64,000 nt of DNA from Bdellovibrionota bacterium (lineage in GTDB: Bacteria; Bdellovibrionota_C; UBA2361; CAKMMH01), in assembly GCA_050952645.1 (NCBI GenBank), contig JBMNLI010000003.1, forward strand, positions 310 through 64,309, in the 5' to 3' direction. Below the pieces are notes generated by a model. That model saw only the letters and a program-made list of their open reading frames with translations. It had not been told where the DNA came from and searched no databases. Numbering within the stretch: position 1 is the stretch's first letter; each line of letters begins with the position of its first letter. Below are positions 48,888 through 60,252 of this stretch, one piece after another. A program made the translations under genes and the position numbers.

Positions 48888-51386
48888 ATGAATGCTAAAC
48901 TCAATTCTTATCTTAATGCTAATCATAACGCTAATCTTACTTCTAGTCTTAATAAAATTAGACAAAGTAAAAATAAACAAAATAAAAAACAAAGTAATAA
49001 ACATTGTGGCGTAAGTCTTTTAGAGTTCGTTATAACCTTGCCCATTACGATGTTATTTTTATTTGGCGTTACGGATATTATGCGTGTGTTAAGTGCTCAA
49101 ACTGCTATCGATAGCGGAACTGAAGCTGCGCTTAGATGCCTAGCCCCTATAAATGGCGATTGTGCTGCTAGCCCTAGTAGCAATTACGTTAAAACATTCG
49201 ATGTTTACAAGCTAAATCAAGCTAATACATACTTAACAGACGGCTATGCTTTTTCTGCAACGGCAAACACTGTGAATGCTAACAAATATGAAACTAACGT
49301 TTCAGCAGAAGTGCTCACTCACGGCTATGCAAAAATTAAACCCTTTAAAACTATTTATCAAGAAAAATCTTACCCTGCTTCAGTGCAAACTAGTTATTAT
49401 CTAATGACTAGAAGTTTGCCAAAAATTTTAGGAAATGCTTCATCGCTAGAATCGCAAAAATTCGTATTAAAAAATAACGAAGGAGTAAACTATAAACCAA
49501 CGGTTAAAAACAATAGTCCCTTTTCATTAATTATAGATAAAGAAAAAAAAGAAGCTAGCGGTTATAAGTATATCTCATTTACCATTCCATCAGATAAAAA
49601 TTGCCCTCAAACTTTACCATGTTTCGTTTCAAAAAATATCGATAAGAGAAAAGCTTCTAGAAGTAATGAAATAAAAGATACAAACTTTAACAAGACTTGC
49701 AATCTTGCTTTTTCTTGGAAAAATAATGATAAATTCGGTAGAAATAATGAAATCGAATATAAAGAGGTCGCAAATAGTGGCATGGTTTGCAAGACCACCC
49801 CTATTTTATTATTCGTTAAAGGGAACGCAAGCATTGCTGATAAAGATGCTGCTAAAGTTGATATCGACCTATTAGATAAGAAAGGCAACCTTATAAGATC
49901 TTTAGGGGGAAGAAGCTTCGATAAGCAATCGAGCGCTTCATTAGTAGCAAGAGGAGCAGAGACTGAAAATTATTCTAGTGATTTACAAAATAAATTTAAA
50001 GATGCCGAGCTTACTTTTCACCAAGCTATACAAATAGATTACGATAAAGAATACCAAATAAGATTCAAGTTAGAGCGCACTAATAGCTCTGCAAATGATA
50101 AAGTCGTATGGAACTTTGATGAGCTAAATATTTTTACTCCCGAATATGAGCTAAAAAATATTGAAGATAAGTGTAAAAATCATATTTTTCTAACTGAAAC
50201 TGATAAAGAAAAATTAAAAAGATGCTCTCTAGAAAACATACCTAGCAGCGCTTTAGACTCCTTAACATTTACATTCAACATACCTAGCTCAAATGGCACT
50301 CCTAGTGGCAATAAAATTGAAAGTAGTTGCTCACTACAAAAAGCTAGCTTAGAAGAAATTTTAATTAAAAATAAGATAAATTCAGATTTTCAAAGTGCTT
50401 TTGTCGAAAGCAAGCCTATCCCATGTAGTGGATTTGAAACGATAAAGTACGATTGCCAAGCTCAAAACTTAGGAGCAAAAACCCTTAAAGAGTACGATGA
50501 AGCTTGCCCTTTAAATATAAGTAAAAAAGATTACGCTTGGCTAGACTATTTTAAACCTGTAAATACTAGAGAGTATGATACTAAAACTATAAAGCTAGGG
50601 ACTACCACGTGGCAAAAAAATGATTGCTTCGATAAGCTAGAAAACCACTTAGACCCAAGCTTTAATAAATACAAAGTTTTAAAAACTGAAAATAAAAACA
50701 TAGGACAAGATGCGGTAGATTTATCTAATGATAAGTTTTGCGATAATTTTAATACTGAAAAATTTAATTGTAGCGATTTTTCTATAACATCTAAAAAAGT
50801 AGAACCAACGGAAGGTAGTCAATTTCAAACCTTGCTATTTGGAACGCATGTAGGCGAGCTTTGTGAATGGAAAAATGATGGGTGGAAAGACGTTTTATAC
50901 GATGAAATTAAAACTAATTGGAATAACGAATACTCTAAATCATGCTTTCATATGCAAAAAAATAAATCTGGCAAAAAAACACTCTCTAGCATTCCTAGCG
51001 ACGACTGCGTAGAGTATTTTTTATCTAGCAATCAATCTAATGAAACTAAAAATTTTCTAGGAAATTTTAATGAAAACTCGATTCCAGAAGAATGCACTAA
51101 CTCGACTAGCGTTTGCGAAATTAAATTTACAGGATTTAAAAAAACAGCGAATACATCGGGTGAAAGTGATTTTGAAAAAGCTAAAAATATCGCTTTTAAT
51201 ACTATTCAAAAACTATTTCCTAATTCTAGCAAAGATTGCAATAATAATTATTGTTTAAATTTTGAAAGTCAGGAAAATAATAACGACGTGCTTTTTACCT
51301 CTAAAATGAAACTTCCTATTTACACACTTCTAGGAAAGGAAATAGAAATTAAGTCGAGTTCCATTAAAGCAAAAGAAAAATTTTAA
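48888..51386 (+). CDS. TadE/TadG-type pilin-like protein with large Cys-rich domain
   Basis: Prepilin site G|VSLLEFVITLP followed by a hydrophobic helix and AALRCLA; many Cys across ~700 aa. Confidence 0.78.
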   Translation: MNAKLNSYLNANHNANLTSSLNKIRQSKNKQNKKQSNKHCGVSLLEFVITLPITMLFLFGVTDIMRVLSAQTAIDSGTEAALRCLAPINGDCAASPSSNYVKTFDVYKLNQANTYLTDGYAFSATANTVNANKYETNVSAEVLTHGYAKIKPFKTIYQEKSYPASVQTSYYLMTRSLPKILGNASSLESQKFVLKNNEGVNYKPTVKNNSPFSLIIDKEKKEASGYKYISFTIPSDKNCPQTLPCFVSKNIDKRKASRSNEIKDTNFNKTCNLAFSWKNNDKFGRNNEIEYKEVANSGMVCKTTPILLFVKGNASIADKDAAKVDIDLLDKKGNLIRSLGGRSFDKQSSASLVARGAETENYSSDLQNKFKDAELTFHQAIQIDYDKEYQIRFKLERTNSSANDKVVWNFDELNIFTPEYELKNIEDKCKNHIFLTETDKEKLKRCSLENIPSSALDSLTFTFNIPSSNGTPSGNKIESSCSLQKASLEEILIKNKINSDFQSAFVESKPIPCSGFETIKYDCQAQNLGAKTLKEYDEACPLNISKKDYAWLDYFKPVNTREYDTKTIKLGTTTWQKNDCFDKLENHLDPSFNKYKVLKTENKNIGQDAVDLSNDKFCDNFNTEKFNCSDFSITSKKVEPTEGSQFQTLLFGTHVGELCEWKNDGWKDVLYDEIKTNWNNEYSKSCFHMQKNKSGKKTLSSIPSDDCVEYFLSSNQSNETKNFLGNFNENSIPEECTNSTSVCEIKFTGFKKTANTSGESDFEKAKNIAFNTIQKLFPNSSKDCNNNYCLNFESQENNNDVLFTSKMKLPIYTLLGKEIEIKSSSIKAKEKF

Positions 51387-51475
51387 AATAATTATCTCTT
51401 TAAGCTTTAAAATTAAGAGTTTAAATTTAAGAGTTTAAAGGTGGGTTTTAAGTTTTAATAAAGCTAAAATAAATC

Positions 51476-53284
51476 TTATTTTCTACTTTCTAAATATTCC
51501 CATCTATCGAACAAGCTTTTAAGTTCTTTATCTAAAGCAGCTAAATCACTAGACACTTTAGCAAGTTTTATATGATCGGAAAATATCTTGCTAGAATTTA
51601 ATAGCTCTTTAGTTTCTTTAAACTCCTTTTCTTTTAAGCTTATCTTATCTTCTATTTCTTCTAACTCTTTTTTTTCTTTAAATGTAAGTTTCTTTATCTC
51701 TTTATTATTTTTATTAGTATTTTTAGTTTCTAGCGTTTCTTTAACATTATTTTTTATATCTTTATTTTTTAATTTTCGTTTTACATACTTTGCCCATTGT
51801 TCAAAATCTGCAAACTTGATTATAGTTCCTTCATTATCGACAAAGCCTATACAAAAATTACAAAGATTATCTATAAGTTTTCTATCATGGGTAACTAATA
51901 AAACGGCTCCTTTAAAATCTAAAATAGCATCTTCTAAAACTTCGATAGACGCTATATCTAAGTCGTTCGTAGGCTCATCTAAAACTAAAAGGTCTGCTTC
52001 TTCGGTTATAATTCTTGCTATATACACTCTTGCTAGCTCTCCTCCTGAAAGAGAGGAAAGCGGTTTTTCAAGGTCTGCTTCATTAAACATAAATTTCTTT
52101 GCCCATGGGATAATATGTATAGTTTTATTTTGATAAACTACCGCATCGCTTTTAGGCGATAAAGCTTTGCTAAGCGTCGAAGTAAGAGGGAGTTCATCTC
52201 TAAGCTGAGAAAATAATTTTATTTTTAAATTATGAGCTTTTTTTATTTCCCCACTATATTCACTTATTTTCCCTACAATTAAATTTAACAAAGTAGTTTT
52301 TCCTACGCCATTATTACCTAAAATTCCAATGCAATCCCTAGGTCTTATTAAACAAGAAAAATCTTTTACTATATTTTTATTAGGAAAAGAAAAAGATAAA
52401 TTTTTAATCTTTAAAAGCTCTTTAGTTTTTCTATCACTACTTTGAATTTCAAAATCTAAAGATTTTTTGCTTAATAATTTTTCAGTATCTTTTAGCTCAT
52501 CTTGTAGGTCATAAGCTTTTTGAACTCTAAATCTTGCTTTCGTTCCTCTTGCTTTAGGCATTCTACTAAGCCAATCATTTTCTTTTCTTAATACCGATTT
52601 TATAGCATCTTTTTTATTTATTACGCTTTGGATATAAAGCTCTTTTTGTCTAAGAAAATTTTCGTAGCTACCATCAAACTCGTAAAAATTATTTTTGTAG
52701 CAAGAAGCTATTTCAATTATTTTTTTAGGACATCTTTCTAATAAAGCTCTATCGTGCGTTATAAGAACCCAAGCTATATTAGGAGAATTTAGATAATTTT
52801 CTAAAAACTCTATTCCGCTAAAATCGAGATGGTTAGTAGGTTCATCGAATAAGACGATATCTGGATTTGCAATCATAGCTTTTAATATGGCTAACCTTTT
52901 TTTTTGTCCACCAGACATTTTATCTATACTAGTAGTTTTTAAAAACTCATTTTGTGCTATGTATTTTTCTACTTGCGTCTCGGGTGCTAATATATTTTTA
53001 TTTTTTATAGCTTCATTATATAAAACTTCGTATGGAGTTTTTTCGGTAAAGGTCGTGTTTTGTTTAACGTAAGATATAGTTAAATCTTTTGTTTTTTTTA
53101 CTACGCCAAACTCTGGCTCATATATACTAGCGATTATTTTTAAAAGTGAGGATTTTCCTACTCCATTAGGACCTATAAGCGCAATTTTATCATTACTACT
53201 GATAGTTAATGATAAATCTTTAAATAAAGTTTTACCTGAAAAATCCTTAGTTATATTTGATAATGTAATAAGTGCTCTTTGCAT
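51476..53284 (-). CDS. ABC-F family ATPase (Uup-like)
   Basis: Two NBDs (GPNGVGKS/MSGGQ/DEPTNHLD; GNNGVGKT/LSGGE/DEPTNDLD), ARGTKA linker, C-terminal RWEYLE coiled coil. Confidence 0.93.
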   Translation of the reverse strand: MQRALITLSNITKDFSGKTLFKDLSLTISSNDKIALIGPNGVGKSSLLKIIASIYEPEFGVVKKTKDLTISYVKQNTTFTEKTPYEVLYNEAIKNKNILAPETQVEKYIAQNEFLKTTSIDKMSGGQKKRLAILKAMIANPDIVLFDEPTNHLDFSGIEFLENYLNSPNIAWVLITHDRALLERCPKKIIEIASCYKNNFYEFDGSYENFLRQKELYIQSVINKKDAIKSVLRKENDWLSRMPKARGTKARFRVQKAYDLQDELKDTEKLLSKKSLDFEIQSSDRKTKELLKIKNLSFSFPNKNIVKDFSCLIRPRDCIGILGNNGVGKTTLLNLIVGKISEYSGEIKKAHNLKIKLFSQLRDELPLTSTLSKALSPKSDAVVYQNKTIHIIPWAKKFMFNEADLEKPLSSLSGGELARVYIARIITEEADLLVLDEPTNDLDIASIEVLEDAILDFKGAVLLVTHDRKLIDNLCNFCIGFVDNEGTIIKFADFEQWAKYVKRKLKNKDIKNNVKETLETKNTNKNNKEIKKLTFKEKKELEEIEDKISLKEKEFKETKELLNSSKIFSDHIKLAKVSSDLAALDKELKSLFDRWEYLESRK

Positions 53285-53369
53285 TTTATTAGAATACTAC
53301 ACTAGGATAAAACTTGACTAGAGTAAAACTTTTTATCTTTCTAAATTGTGAATTAAAATAAATTTAAAA

Positions 53370-53846
53370 CTAATCTTCTTTAGGATCGTGCGTTCTAGCC
53401 TCAGCTGCAAAAGAAAGCACTGCGCTACAAGCAAGCTCGATACTTAAAAGGTCGCGAGGCCCTAATTTAATTCTTCTTCGCTCTTCTTCCGTTCGGCCCG
53501 TAACTAGCCTTAGCCAACAAAGCTCCTCTCCTGTAAGACGTCCTTGTTGTCCTTTTGGCTTATCTCTATAAAGTTTAATTAAAATATCAGACTGGTCTTT
53601 ATCGCTACCTTGTAAAATGATATTTTCATCTAATGATTCAACACCGTAAAGAAATGCTCTAGTAGTTGCCCATAGACCGCCGATAGCATCTAATGGCACG
53701 AGCAAATTTAGATATCCTTCAGCATTTTTATCCTCAACACCATCGACTATTGCCACATAGCAAAGTCTAAGTCCAGAAGCTTCAGGAATTAATTGAAGAC
53801 GACCAAAGCTTTTTATTATTGAAAAAGTTATTCCACCTGTATACAT
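53370..53846 (-). CDS. Hypothetical protein
   Basis: 158-aa ORF with GAGG RBS; no recognised motif. Confidence 0.7.
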   Translation of the reverse strand: MYTGGITFSIIKSFGRLQLIPEASGLRLCYVAIVDGVEDKNAEGYLNLLVPLDAIGGLWATTRAFLYGVESLDENIILQGSDKDQSDILIKLYRDKPKGQQGRLTGEELCWLRLVTGRTEEERRRIKLGPRDLLSIELACSAVLSFAAEARTHDPKED

Positions 53847-53993
53847 AATAGATAAACCTCATTAAAAACGATAAAATTCTTAAGAATTTACTAGTAAACT
53901 CATATTTTTAAAACCTATATAAGGTACTATACTTTATTTGATGTTTCAAGACTAAAAACGATTTAATTTTAATTAAAATTTTACAAATATTTT

Positions 53994-55577
53994 TTAATTT
54001 TTCTTTTTTAAAACTAATATCGATACATTTTTATCCTTAGTCGGAACGCTTAACATACCGTAATTACTATATTTTTTATTATTTTCGATATTGTTTTTAT
54101 ACCAACTCTTATACCAAGCCTCTCTTTTGTTTTTTACATTTAAAACTACATCTGTAAAGGTCGGCTTATATTTTAAAAAATAACTAGGCTCGACAACCTT
54201 ATCATGCCCTGGCGAGCGAAGACGCACAGCTTTTACCCCTCTTAGTTCTTTATTAGTAAGTCCGTAAATATCGTAAATTATCATATCAGAATAAAAAGCT
54301 ACTAACCCCACCCCACCTAACACGACGGAAGGCTTTTTATTATTATTTTTAGTATTAGACGAATCGCTAGCATTTTCTAAGAGCGCTTTAGCCATAAGCA
54401 TTCTTCTATAATTATTAAAAATTAAATAATCGTAAGACTCTCTTTCGCTCCTAAACTCTCTAGTGTTAAATCTAAAATGGAATTTTGATAAAAAGTTTCT
54501 ACTAAACGCATGCACGTTGTAAATACTTAAAAATGATACTAGAGCTAAAGCTAAAACTATACTTAAAGAAATAATCGCTAAAGCCTTACTTTTTTTAATA
54601 TTAAGAATTTCATTTATAATAAACGCTAAAGGGAGGACTTGAAACAAACATAGTGGCACTAAGAATCTTGAAAATGGCAAAAAATCTCCTCCTACTATAA
54701 TTGGGTATAGAAACAGTGCTAAGTATATAGCTAAATATTCAAAACTATATTTAACTTTTTTTATAACCATTATCATTAAACCAAAAAAAGATAATATGCT
54801 AAGAGGCTCCGTAAGCAAATAAATAATATTATAATTAAGCCCTCTTTTTAAAAGCTCAAAACTAAAGTTTACTTTCATATAGACGGTATTCGGAAATAAA
54901 TCTCCAAAATACAAAGTTCTGCTAATATAATAAATACTATATAAAAATATAAATTTTAAAAACAAATTGACGTTCGTTTTTTTTCTAAAAAAAGATATTA
55001 AATATATAAAAATAGCAAAAAAAACTCCTTCAAATCTTATAAGACTTAAAAGTAGACTTATTAGCAAGACAATCGCTTCATTATTTTTTTTGTTTTTAAT
55101 TTTATTTAGTTTTCTTTCTTCTATTATTAAATAATAAAATAGTAAAAATATTAAACTAGAATAAACTAAAGTTTCTAATCCACTAGTAGACCAAACGAAA
55201 AAACTTGGGAACAAGACTAGTGAAAATAGTAGCGTTAAAAAACTTACCTTATATGAAAACTTGAGCTTATTTACTATTACATTATTTATAAAACAAATAA
55301 AAAACACTGCAAATAAGTATGAGATAATGGGCATTGCTATCGTTAAAGGTATTTTTGCATAATAAAAAAAACTTGCAATCAGAACCCATAAAAAGTTTGT
55401 ATACCCTTCAACTGGTTCAAAACCTTTATTAAAAACTAGACCATTTCCATTTGCAAGATTCTTTGCGTATTGAAACGATATGTATGCATCATCGCATACA
55501 AAATAAAATTTATAAGAAAAAAAACTAAATAGTGCTATAAGAAGATAAATATAGTATTTTTTAAAAAATTTCTTCAT
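53994..55577 (-). CDS. Polytopic membrane glycosyltransferase (GT-C-like)
   Basis: DDAYISFQYAKN...EPVEGYTNFLW, SGLET, RFEG, PNTVYMK, GGDF, DIYGLT; many TM segments. Confidence 0.78.
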   Translation of the reverse strand: MKKFFKKYYIYLLIALFSFFSYKFYFVCDDAYISFQYAKNLANGNGLVFNKGFEPVEGYTNFLWVLIASFFYYAKIPLTIAMPIISYLFAVFFICFINNVIVNKLKFSYKVSFLTLLFSLVLFPSFFVWSTSGLETLVYSSLIFLLFYYLIIEERKLNKIKNKKNNEAIVLLISLLLSLIRFEGVFFAIFIYLISFFRKKTNVNLFLKFIFLYSIYYISRTLYFGDLFPNTVYMKVNFSFELLKRGLNYNIIYLLTEPLSILSFFGLMIMVIKKVKYSFEYLAIYLALFLYPIIVGGDFLPFSRFLVPLCLFQVLPLAFIINEILNIKKSKALAIISLSIVLALALVSFLSIYNVHAFSRNFLSKFHFRFNTREFRSERESYDYLIFNNYRRMLMAKALLENASDSSNTKNNNKKPSVVLGGVGLVAFYSDMIIYDIYGLTNKELRGVKAVRLRSPGHDKVVEPSYFLKYKPTFTDVVLNVKNKREAWYKSWYKNNIENNKKYSNYGMLSVPTKDKNVSILVLKKKN

Positions 55578-55663
55578 CGATATTTCTTTAATAATTCTTT
55601 AATAACTCTTTAATATTTCTTTAATAACTCTTTGAATAAAGTTCTTTTTAAAAATATTTTTAA

Positions 55664-56797
55664 TTAAACTACTCTATCTAAAGCGTGTTTACTAGTAAAG
55701 GGACAAACCGACTCACATTTAATATTTGGAAAAGTGCATCTTGCTCCTTTTGAGTATTTAAGCAATGTTTCATGGACAAAAGGTGCCGTTTCTTTAGAGT
55801 TTTCTATATATTTTTCTAACAATTGTTTGCTTACTCTCATTATCTCTAGTTGTGCGTGTCCACAAATTCTTTCCGTAATTTTTGATATAAAATTAAAATA
55901 CGTTCCCGACTCGCGAATATCGACATACATACCTTGTGGCATATTTTCTTTAAGAGAAGTTATATCGCTCTCCCAATCTTTCTTTAGCTCATCACTTTCT
56001 AAAATAGGTGGCATAAAAAATTTAAACTCGCTAGGCAAAGACATACTATAATTAATCGTTCTATGTCTTTGAGCTTGCGCAAGATAAGAAAGCGACGCAA
56101 GATATCTCGTGCTATACACCGTAGAAAAAACCTCATAGAAAGGCGAACTATCAAATAGTCTTAAAAACCTTTTTTTACTAAAAGGGTTTAAACGAGGCTC
56201 TCTAAAATCTATTAGCTGTTCGCAAAACTCTTTCATAAACTTTACTATATTTTGATAAAATATATTATTTTTATCCTTATTATTTATTATAAAATCATCA
56301 AACAAGTTCATTAAGTAATTAAGCTGCCTGAAAGATGTCGTGTAGAGCATTTTAGTAGGAGTAAAAACAGATGTTAAGTTTCTAGCATTTTCTTTAGCGA
56401 GCTTTAAGACCCTATCTTTTTCGATAAAAGAATATTTATCGGTTATTAACTTTGAAAAAATATCGACCCATTTTTCATAAATATCTTTTTCTTTACTAAG
56501 CAAATTCATCGTTGTGTAGCGTGCAGATTTTTCAGAAGTTACGTAAGGAGGTTCATTATTTAAAATCATAGCACCAAGCTTAGGAATATCGGTTATGTAA
56601 AACGTAAGTGAGACGTGTTCAAAAGGGCTATGGTGCCCACTGTTTAGAAGATCTTCTGTAAGCACTTGAGATTCTTCTTTAGTAAGCGTATCGAAATCAT
56701 ACTTTGAATAGCAGACTCTTGCCGAGGCTCTAGAAAAATTTAACGCTTCTTGTTTCGATTTTATATTTAACGTTGATGCTTTTAACTCAATTTTCAT
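55664..56797 (-). CDS. thyX: FAD-dependent thymidylate synthase ThyX-like (long, two-domain)
   Basis: GHHSPFEH, SEKSARY, AQAQRHRT, ERICGHAQLEI. Confidence 0.8.
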   Translation of the reverse strand: MKIELKASTLNIKSKQEALNFSRASARVCYSKYDFDTLTKEESQVLTEDLLNSGHHSPFEHVSLTFYITDIPKLGAMILNNEPPYVTSEKSARYTTMNLLSKEKDIYEKWVDIFSKLITDKYSFIEKDRVLKLAKENARNLTSVFTPTKMLYTTSFRQLNYLMNLFDDFIINNKDKNNIFYQNIVKFMKEFCEQLIDFREPRLNPFSKKRFLRLFDSSPFYEVFSTVYSTRYLASLSYLAQAQRHRTINYSMSLPSEFKFFMPPILESDELKKDWESDITSLKENMPQGMYVDIRESGTYFNFISKITERICGHAQLEIMRVSKQLLEKYIENSKETAPFVHETLLKYSKGARCTFPNIKCESVCPFTSKHALDRVV

Positions 56798-57013
56798 ATA
56801 TCCCTTTTTTTTATTTTTTTAAACTTTTATTGAATACTTAACCCTTAAAAGGATATCTTATATTTATAACGAATAAAAGCAGTTTTTAAAAATAAAAAAA
56901 TATGATACTTTATTTCTATTAGTATTTTTATTTGATCGCAACATTTTTATCACTTTTTTTTATTTTTATTACATTTTTATTACATTACTTATTACTTACT
57001 TTTTACTTTTTAT

Positions 57014-58159
57014 ATGAAAAAATCTATATTTTTATTAACACTTTTTACGACGACTCAATTTTTAATATCTTGCACTTTATCGAAAGACAAGGCCTACGAT
57101 AGTCTAGTTTCAAAATTAAAAAATAGAGGTATGATAGCGTTAAGTTCGGAAAATCCTTATATAGCTCCTAACTTACTTATTGCAAAAGAAATCGATGCGA
57201 ACAAAGAACTAAAAGGCTTTATAGACCATAGAGGGCTTCCAAATGTAATTCAAGTAAATAAAGAATATTTTAGACCTATAAAATACAGGTTTTACTATGC
57301 TTTAGAAAGAGCATTTTATAATTTAGAGTTAGTAAATAATACTTGGGTTATAAACGGGCCTATTCCTATAAATCAATTAGAAGCAAATCAAATATATTAT
57401 TTAACGGGAGGAAATTTTAAAGCACCTCAAATATTATTATCAAGTGAATTATTATCAAACAAAGAAAATCTTAATAATCAAAACGATAATATCATAACTT
57501 TAAATAACGATATAACTAATAGTGCAAGCAGTGCTAATGATAATATTAAAAATAATATCACTCAAAAAAGCCCAAGCATTACATCGCCTTCTTCTAAATT
57601 ACCTAAAAAAAGCGAGCCTAAATCTTTACCTAAACAAAACGTAAAGCAAGGCTATCAAGGGGCGATTAAAAGTGATGTAGCAAAGGGGCAAAGCAGTGCC
57701 ACAAAAAATGCTAGGGGCGATTCTTTATCTAGGGAAGCTGTATCTAGAGAAAATGTTATACTCGATGATATTATAAAAAAAACTAGCACCTATTCAGCGG
57801 AGCTAAATTACCAAGGGGATCTTATTCATTACGTTACGTACAGAGGGGAGAATCTCTCTTTAATATCATTATGGTATACAAAAGACCAAAGCAATGCTGA
57901 TAAAATTGCTAGAATAAATAGCAAAAGGTCGCAAGAAGCCCTTAATATAGGTGATAAAATTATTATTCCATCTTATTTATTAAAAAACAAAAATAAGCTT
58001 ACACAAAAAGCACTGCAAGATATAACTAGCGCTTTTAGTAGTAGTAGCAATAATGAAACTTTAAATAATCAAAACAAAGCTACTATAAGTAGCCCTCAAA
58101 ATTATCAAGAAAACACGAAAGGTAATATTAATATAAATAATGAGATAGAGTTTTTTTAA
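57014..58159 (+). CDS. LysM-domain lipoprotein
   Basis: Lipobox LISC; LysM HYVTYRGENLSLISLWY...IARIN...LNIGDKIIIP. Confidence 0.82.
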   Translation: MKKSIFLLTLFTTTQFLISCTLSKDKAYDSLVSKLKNRGMIALSSENPYIAPNLLIAKEIDANKELKGFIDHRGLPNVIQVNKEYFRPIKYRFYYALERAFYNLELVNNTWVINGPIPINQLEANQIYYLTGGNFKAPQILLSSELLSNKENLNNQNDNIITLNNDITNSASSANDNIKNNITQKSPSITSPSSKLPKKSEPKSLPKQNVKQGYQGAIKSDVAKGQSSATKNARGDSLSREAVSRENVILDDIIKKTSTYSAELNYQGDLIHYVTYRGENLSLISLWYTKDQSNADKIARINSKRSQEALNIGDKIIIPSYLLKNKNKLTQKALQDITSAFSSSSNNETLNNQNKATISSPQNYQENTKGNININNEIEFF

Positions 58160-58168
58160 TAATTATTT

Positions 58169-59137
58169 TTATTTTAATATTGTCCATTTGCAATCGATTG
58201 AAAAAATAGTAGCTGGCATACCAATCATTTGAATATCAAACTTCAAGCTAGGCTGAACCTTAGATGTCGCATTATGTATCCTAAAACTAAATTGCCATCC
58301 CCTATCCATATATAGCTCTAATGTATTATTACTTCCTTCCTTAAAATCAAAACTAATTATTCTCGTTGGGAGCTGAGAAATCGGTATTGTTATAGTATTA
58401 CTACGTGCATTCGTCGATTTTTTATTTAACGTCCCTCTTAAATTATAACATTGAACCATAGTTATCATTTTACTATCTAAAGCAATTATTTTATAAAAAT
58501 CAAATTGCCCAAGTAAATATTCAACTATTTTTTGAGGTATTTGTAATTTTTTATTTTCATTTTGCCTCATTATTTCATTTTTAAACGAAAGAAGTATTCG
58601 AGCATACACAAGCTCGTCTTTCTTTGGTATATCTTTCCATAGTGATTTTTTTGTTTTTTCTTTTTCTAAAAAATTAAAAACTAAACCTATCTCATCTTGA
58701 TATTGCTTAGAGCTTTTTACACCAAACCATTTTTGTGCAAAATCAAATTTTTTTGACAACCTGCTATGTTTTACAGCAAAATGATTATGCTTTATACTTA
58801 ATCCGACTTCCCAATTTATCCCCTTTCTAATAATTAAGATATCTCTTACATCTTTAACTTCTCCACGGCTATCCGCCTGAATCTTAAGCTCTAATACATC
58901 ATCCCCATCTTCTAAAATAAAAGGTTCAAAATCAAAAATTGCCATTATACCTGCATATGCACTCGTTTTGTAGAGACTTTTTTCAAGATTATTAAGTTTT
59001 GCATAAGCCTCTTTAGCAAAAAAATAATTATTATTTTTCTCAATTTTAACTGGTCTTATTTTTTCAATCTCTTTAAATAAAACATCTAGACAAGCATACT
59101 CATATGCACGTCCTTTAATATTGCTTTTATTACCCAT
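58169..59137 (-). CDS. HaeIII-family type II restriction endonuclease
   Basis: [44 protein letters not shown]; overlaps the MTase gene by 8 nt. Confidence 0.88.
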   Translation of the reverse strand: MGNKSNIKGRAYEYACLDVLFKEIEKIRPVKIEKNNNYFFAKEAYAKLNNLEKSLYKTSAYAGIMAIFDFEPFILEDGDDVLELKIQADSRGEVKDVRDILIIRKGINWEVGLSIKHNHFAVKHSRLSKKFDFAQKWFGVKSSKQYQDEIGLVFNFLEKEKTKKSLWKDIPKKDELVYARILLSFKNEIMRQNENKKLQIPQKIVEYLLGQFDFYKIIALDSKMITMVQCYNLRGTLNKKSTNARSNTITIPISQLPTRIISFDFKEGSNNTLELYMDRGWQFSFRIHNATSKVQPSLKFDIQMIGMPATIFSIDCKWTILK

Positions 59138-60182
59138 TGCAAGCGGCCTTATAAAAATCGTAGTTAGAATTTTGTTCTAAAGCATATGTCTTATTCTTAT
59201 CAATTCCTTTTAAAGCTTCTTTAATTGACTTTGCCATCTCGTATGCTAAATTTATAGGAACGGCATTTCCTATCATTTTATAACCATCATTTAAATTCGT
59301 ATAATAAAATATAAAATCATCCGGGAAGCCTTGAACTCTCGCAGCCTCTCTTACAGTTAGTCTCCTATATAAATGCTCTTTGCCCACTACAAAAATATTT
59401 TTATTTTTTTCAACTTTAGGCATTGCTGGTGCTTGAGGGTGGATTTGACATTGCCTCCCAGAAGCTTGAACTGTAAATGCTTGCTCATTCCAACCTCTAA
59501 CTCTGTTTCTACTCATAAAAATTGGAGAATACTCTCCAATAAAATATTCATGATTGCAAACGATGCATTTGTCTTTATTTGTCTTGTTTTTTTCTAATGC
59601 TGGAATTGCGCTATCTTTTAAATCCCAAATTACGTCTTTAAATACAAGCTTTTTCTTATAAGGAGTAGGTGGTGTAAAATTAACTTTCAAATCTTTTCTA
59701 AAACCTACATAAAATACCCTCTTTCTATCTTGTGCCACTCCATAATCACTAGCATTTAATAAATTTACAAAAACATCATACCCAGCCTCTTCAAATTGTA
59801 AAATTATATTTTCTACAGCACTATCGTGTCTTTTAGCCATCATGCCCTTTACATTTTCTGCTAAAAAAAACTTTGGCATTTTATCTTTCAACACCCTTAT
59901 ATATTCATAAAACAATTTTCCCCTTGGATCATCAATCCCCTTAAGCGAACCAGCCTCACTCCACGACTGGCAAGGAGGGCCACCTATAATCCCATCACAT
60001 TCTGGAAATTGTGATGATTTAATTTTACATATATCTTCTTTTATTAGTGTAGTTTTGTGATTTCTTTCATAAGTTTCCCAAATTGTCTTATCATATTCAT
60101 TAGCAACTATAATCTTAAACTTGGCCTTTTCAAATCCTAGATCAAGACCACCTGCACCTGAAAATAAACTTATTAAGTTCAT
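59130..60182 (-). CDS. C5 cytosine DNA methyltransferase, M.HaeIII-like (GGCC)
   Basis: LFSGAGG, GGPPCQ, ENV, QDRKRVF; target-recognition region IFMSRNRVR...[11 protein letters not shown] as I recall for M.HaeIII. Confidence 0.93.
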   Translation of the reverse strand: MNLISLFSGAGGLDLGFEKAKFKIIVANEYDKTIWETYERNHKTTLIKEDICKIKSSQFPECDGIIGGPPCQSWSEAGSLKGIDDPRGKLFYEYIRVLKDKMPKFFLAENVKGMMAKRHDSAVENIILQFEEAGYDVFVNLLNASDYGVAQDRKRVFYVGFRKDLKVNFTPPTPYKKKLVFKDVIWDLKDSAIPALEKNKTNKDKCIVCNHEYFIGEYSPIFMSRNRVRGWNEQAFTVQASGRQCQIHPQAPAMPKVEKNKNIFVVGKEHLYRRLTVREAARVQGFPDDFIFYYTNLNDGYKMIGNAVPINLAYEMAKSIKEALKGIDKNKTYALEQNSNYDFYKAACNG

Positions 60183-60252
60183 ACATATCTCCTAACAAAA
60201 AATTTAAGCTCTTTAAATCTTGTCTTAAAAACTCTAACTCTAACCCTAACTT

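Noticed and set aside
51476-53284. ABC-F as an antibiotic-resistance (ARE) factor tied to the RiPP
   Set aside because: It has Uup-like linker and C-terminal features and lies 31 kb away; most likely housekeeping.
53874-53898. Palindromes aaattcttaagaattt and tttactagtaaa
   Set aside because: Almost all A/T and built on very common host words; likely chance.
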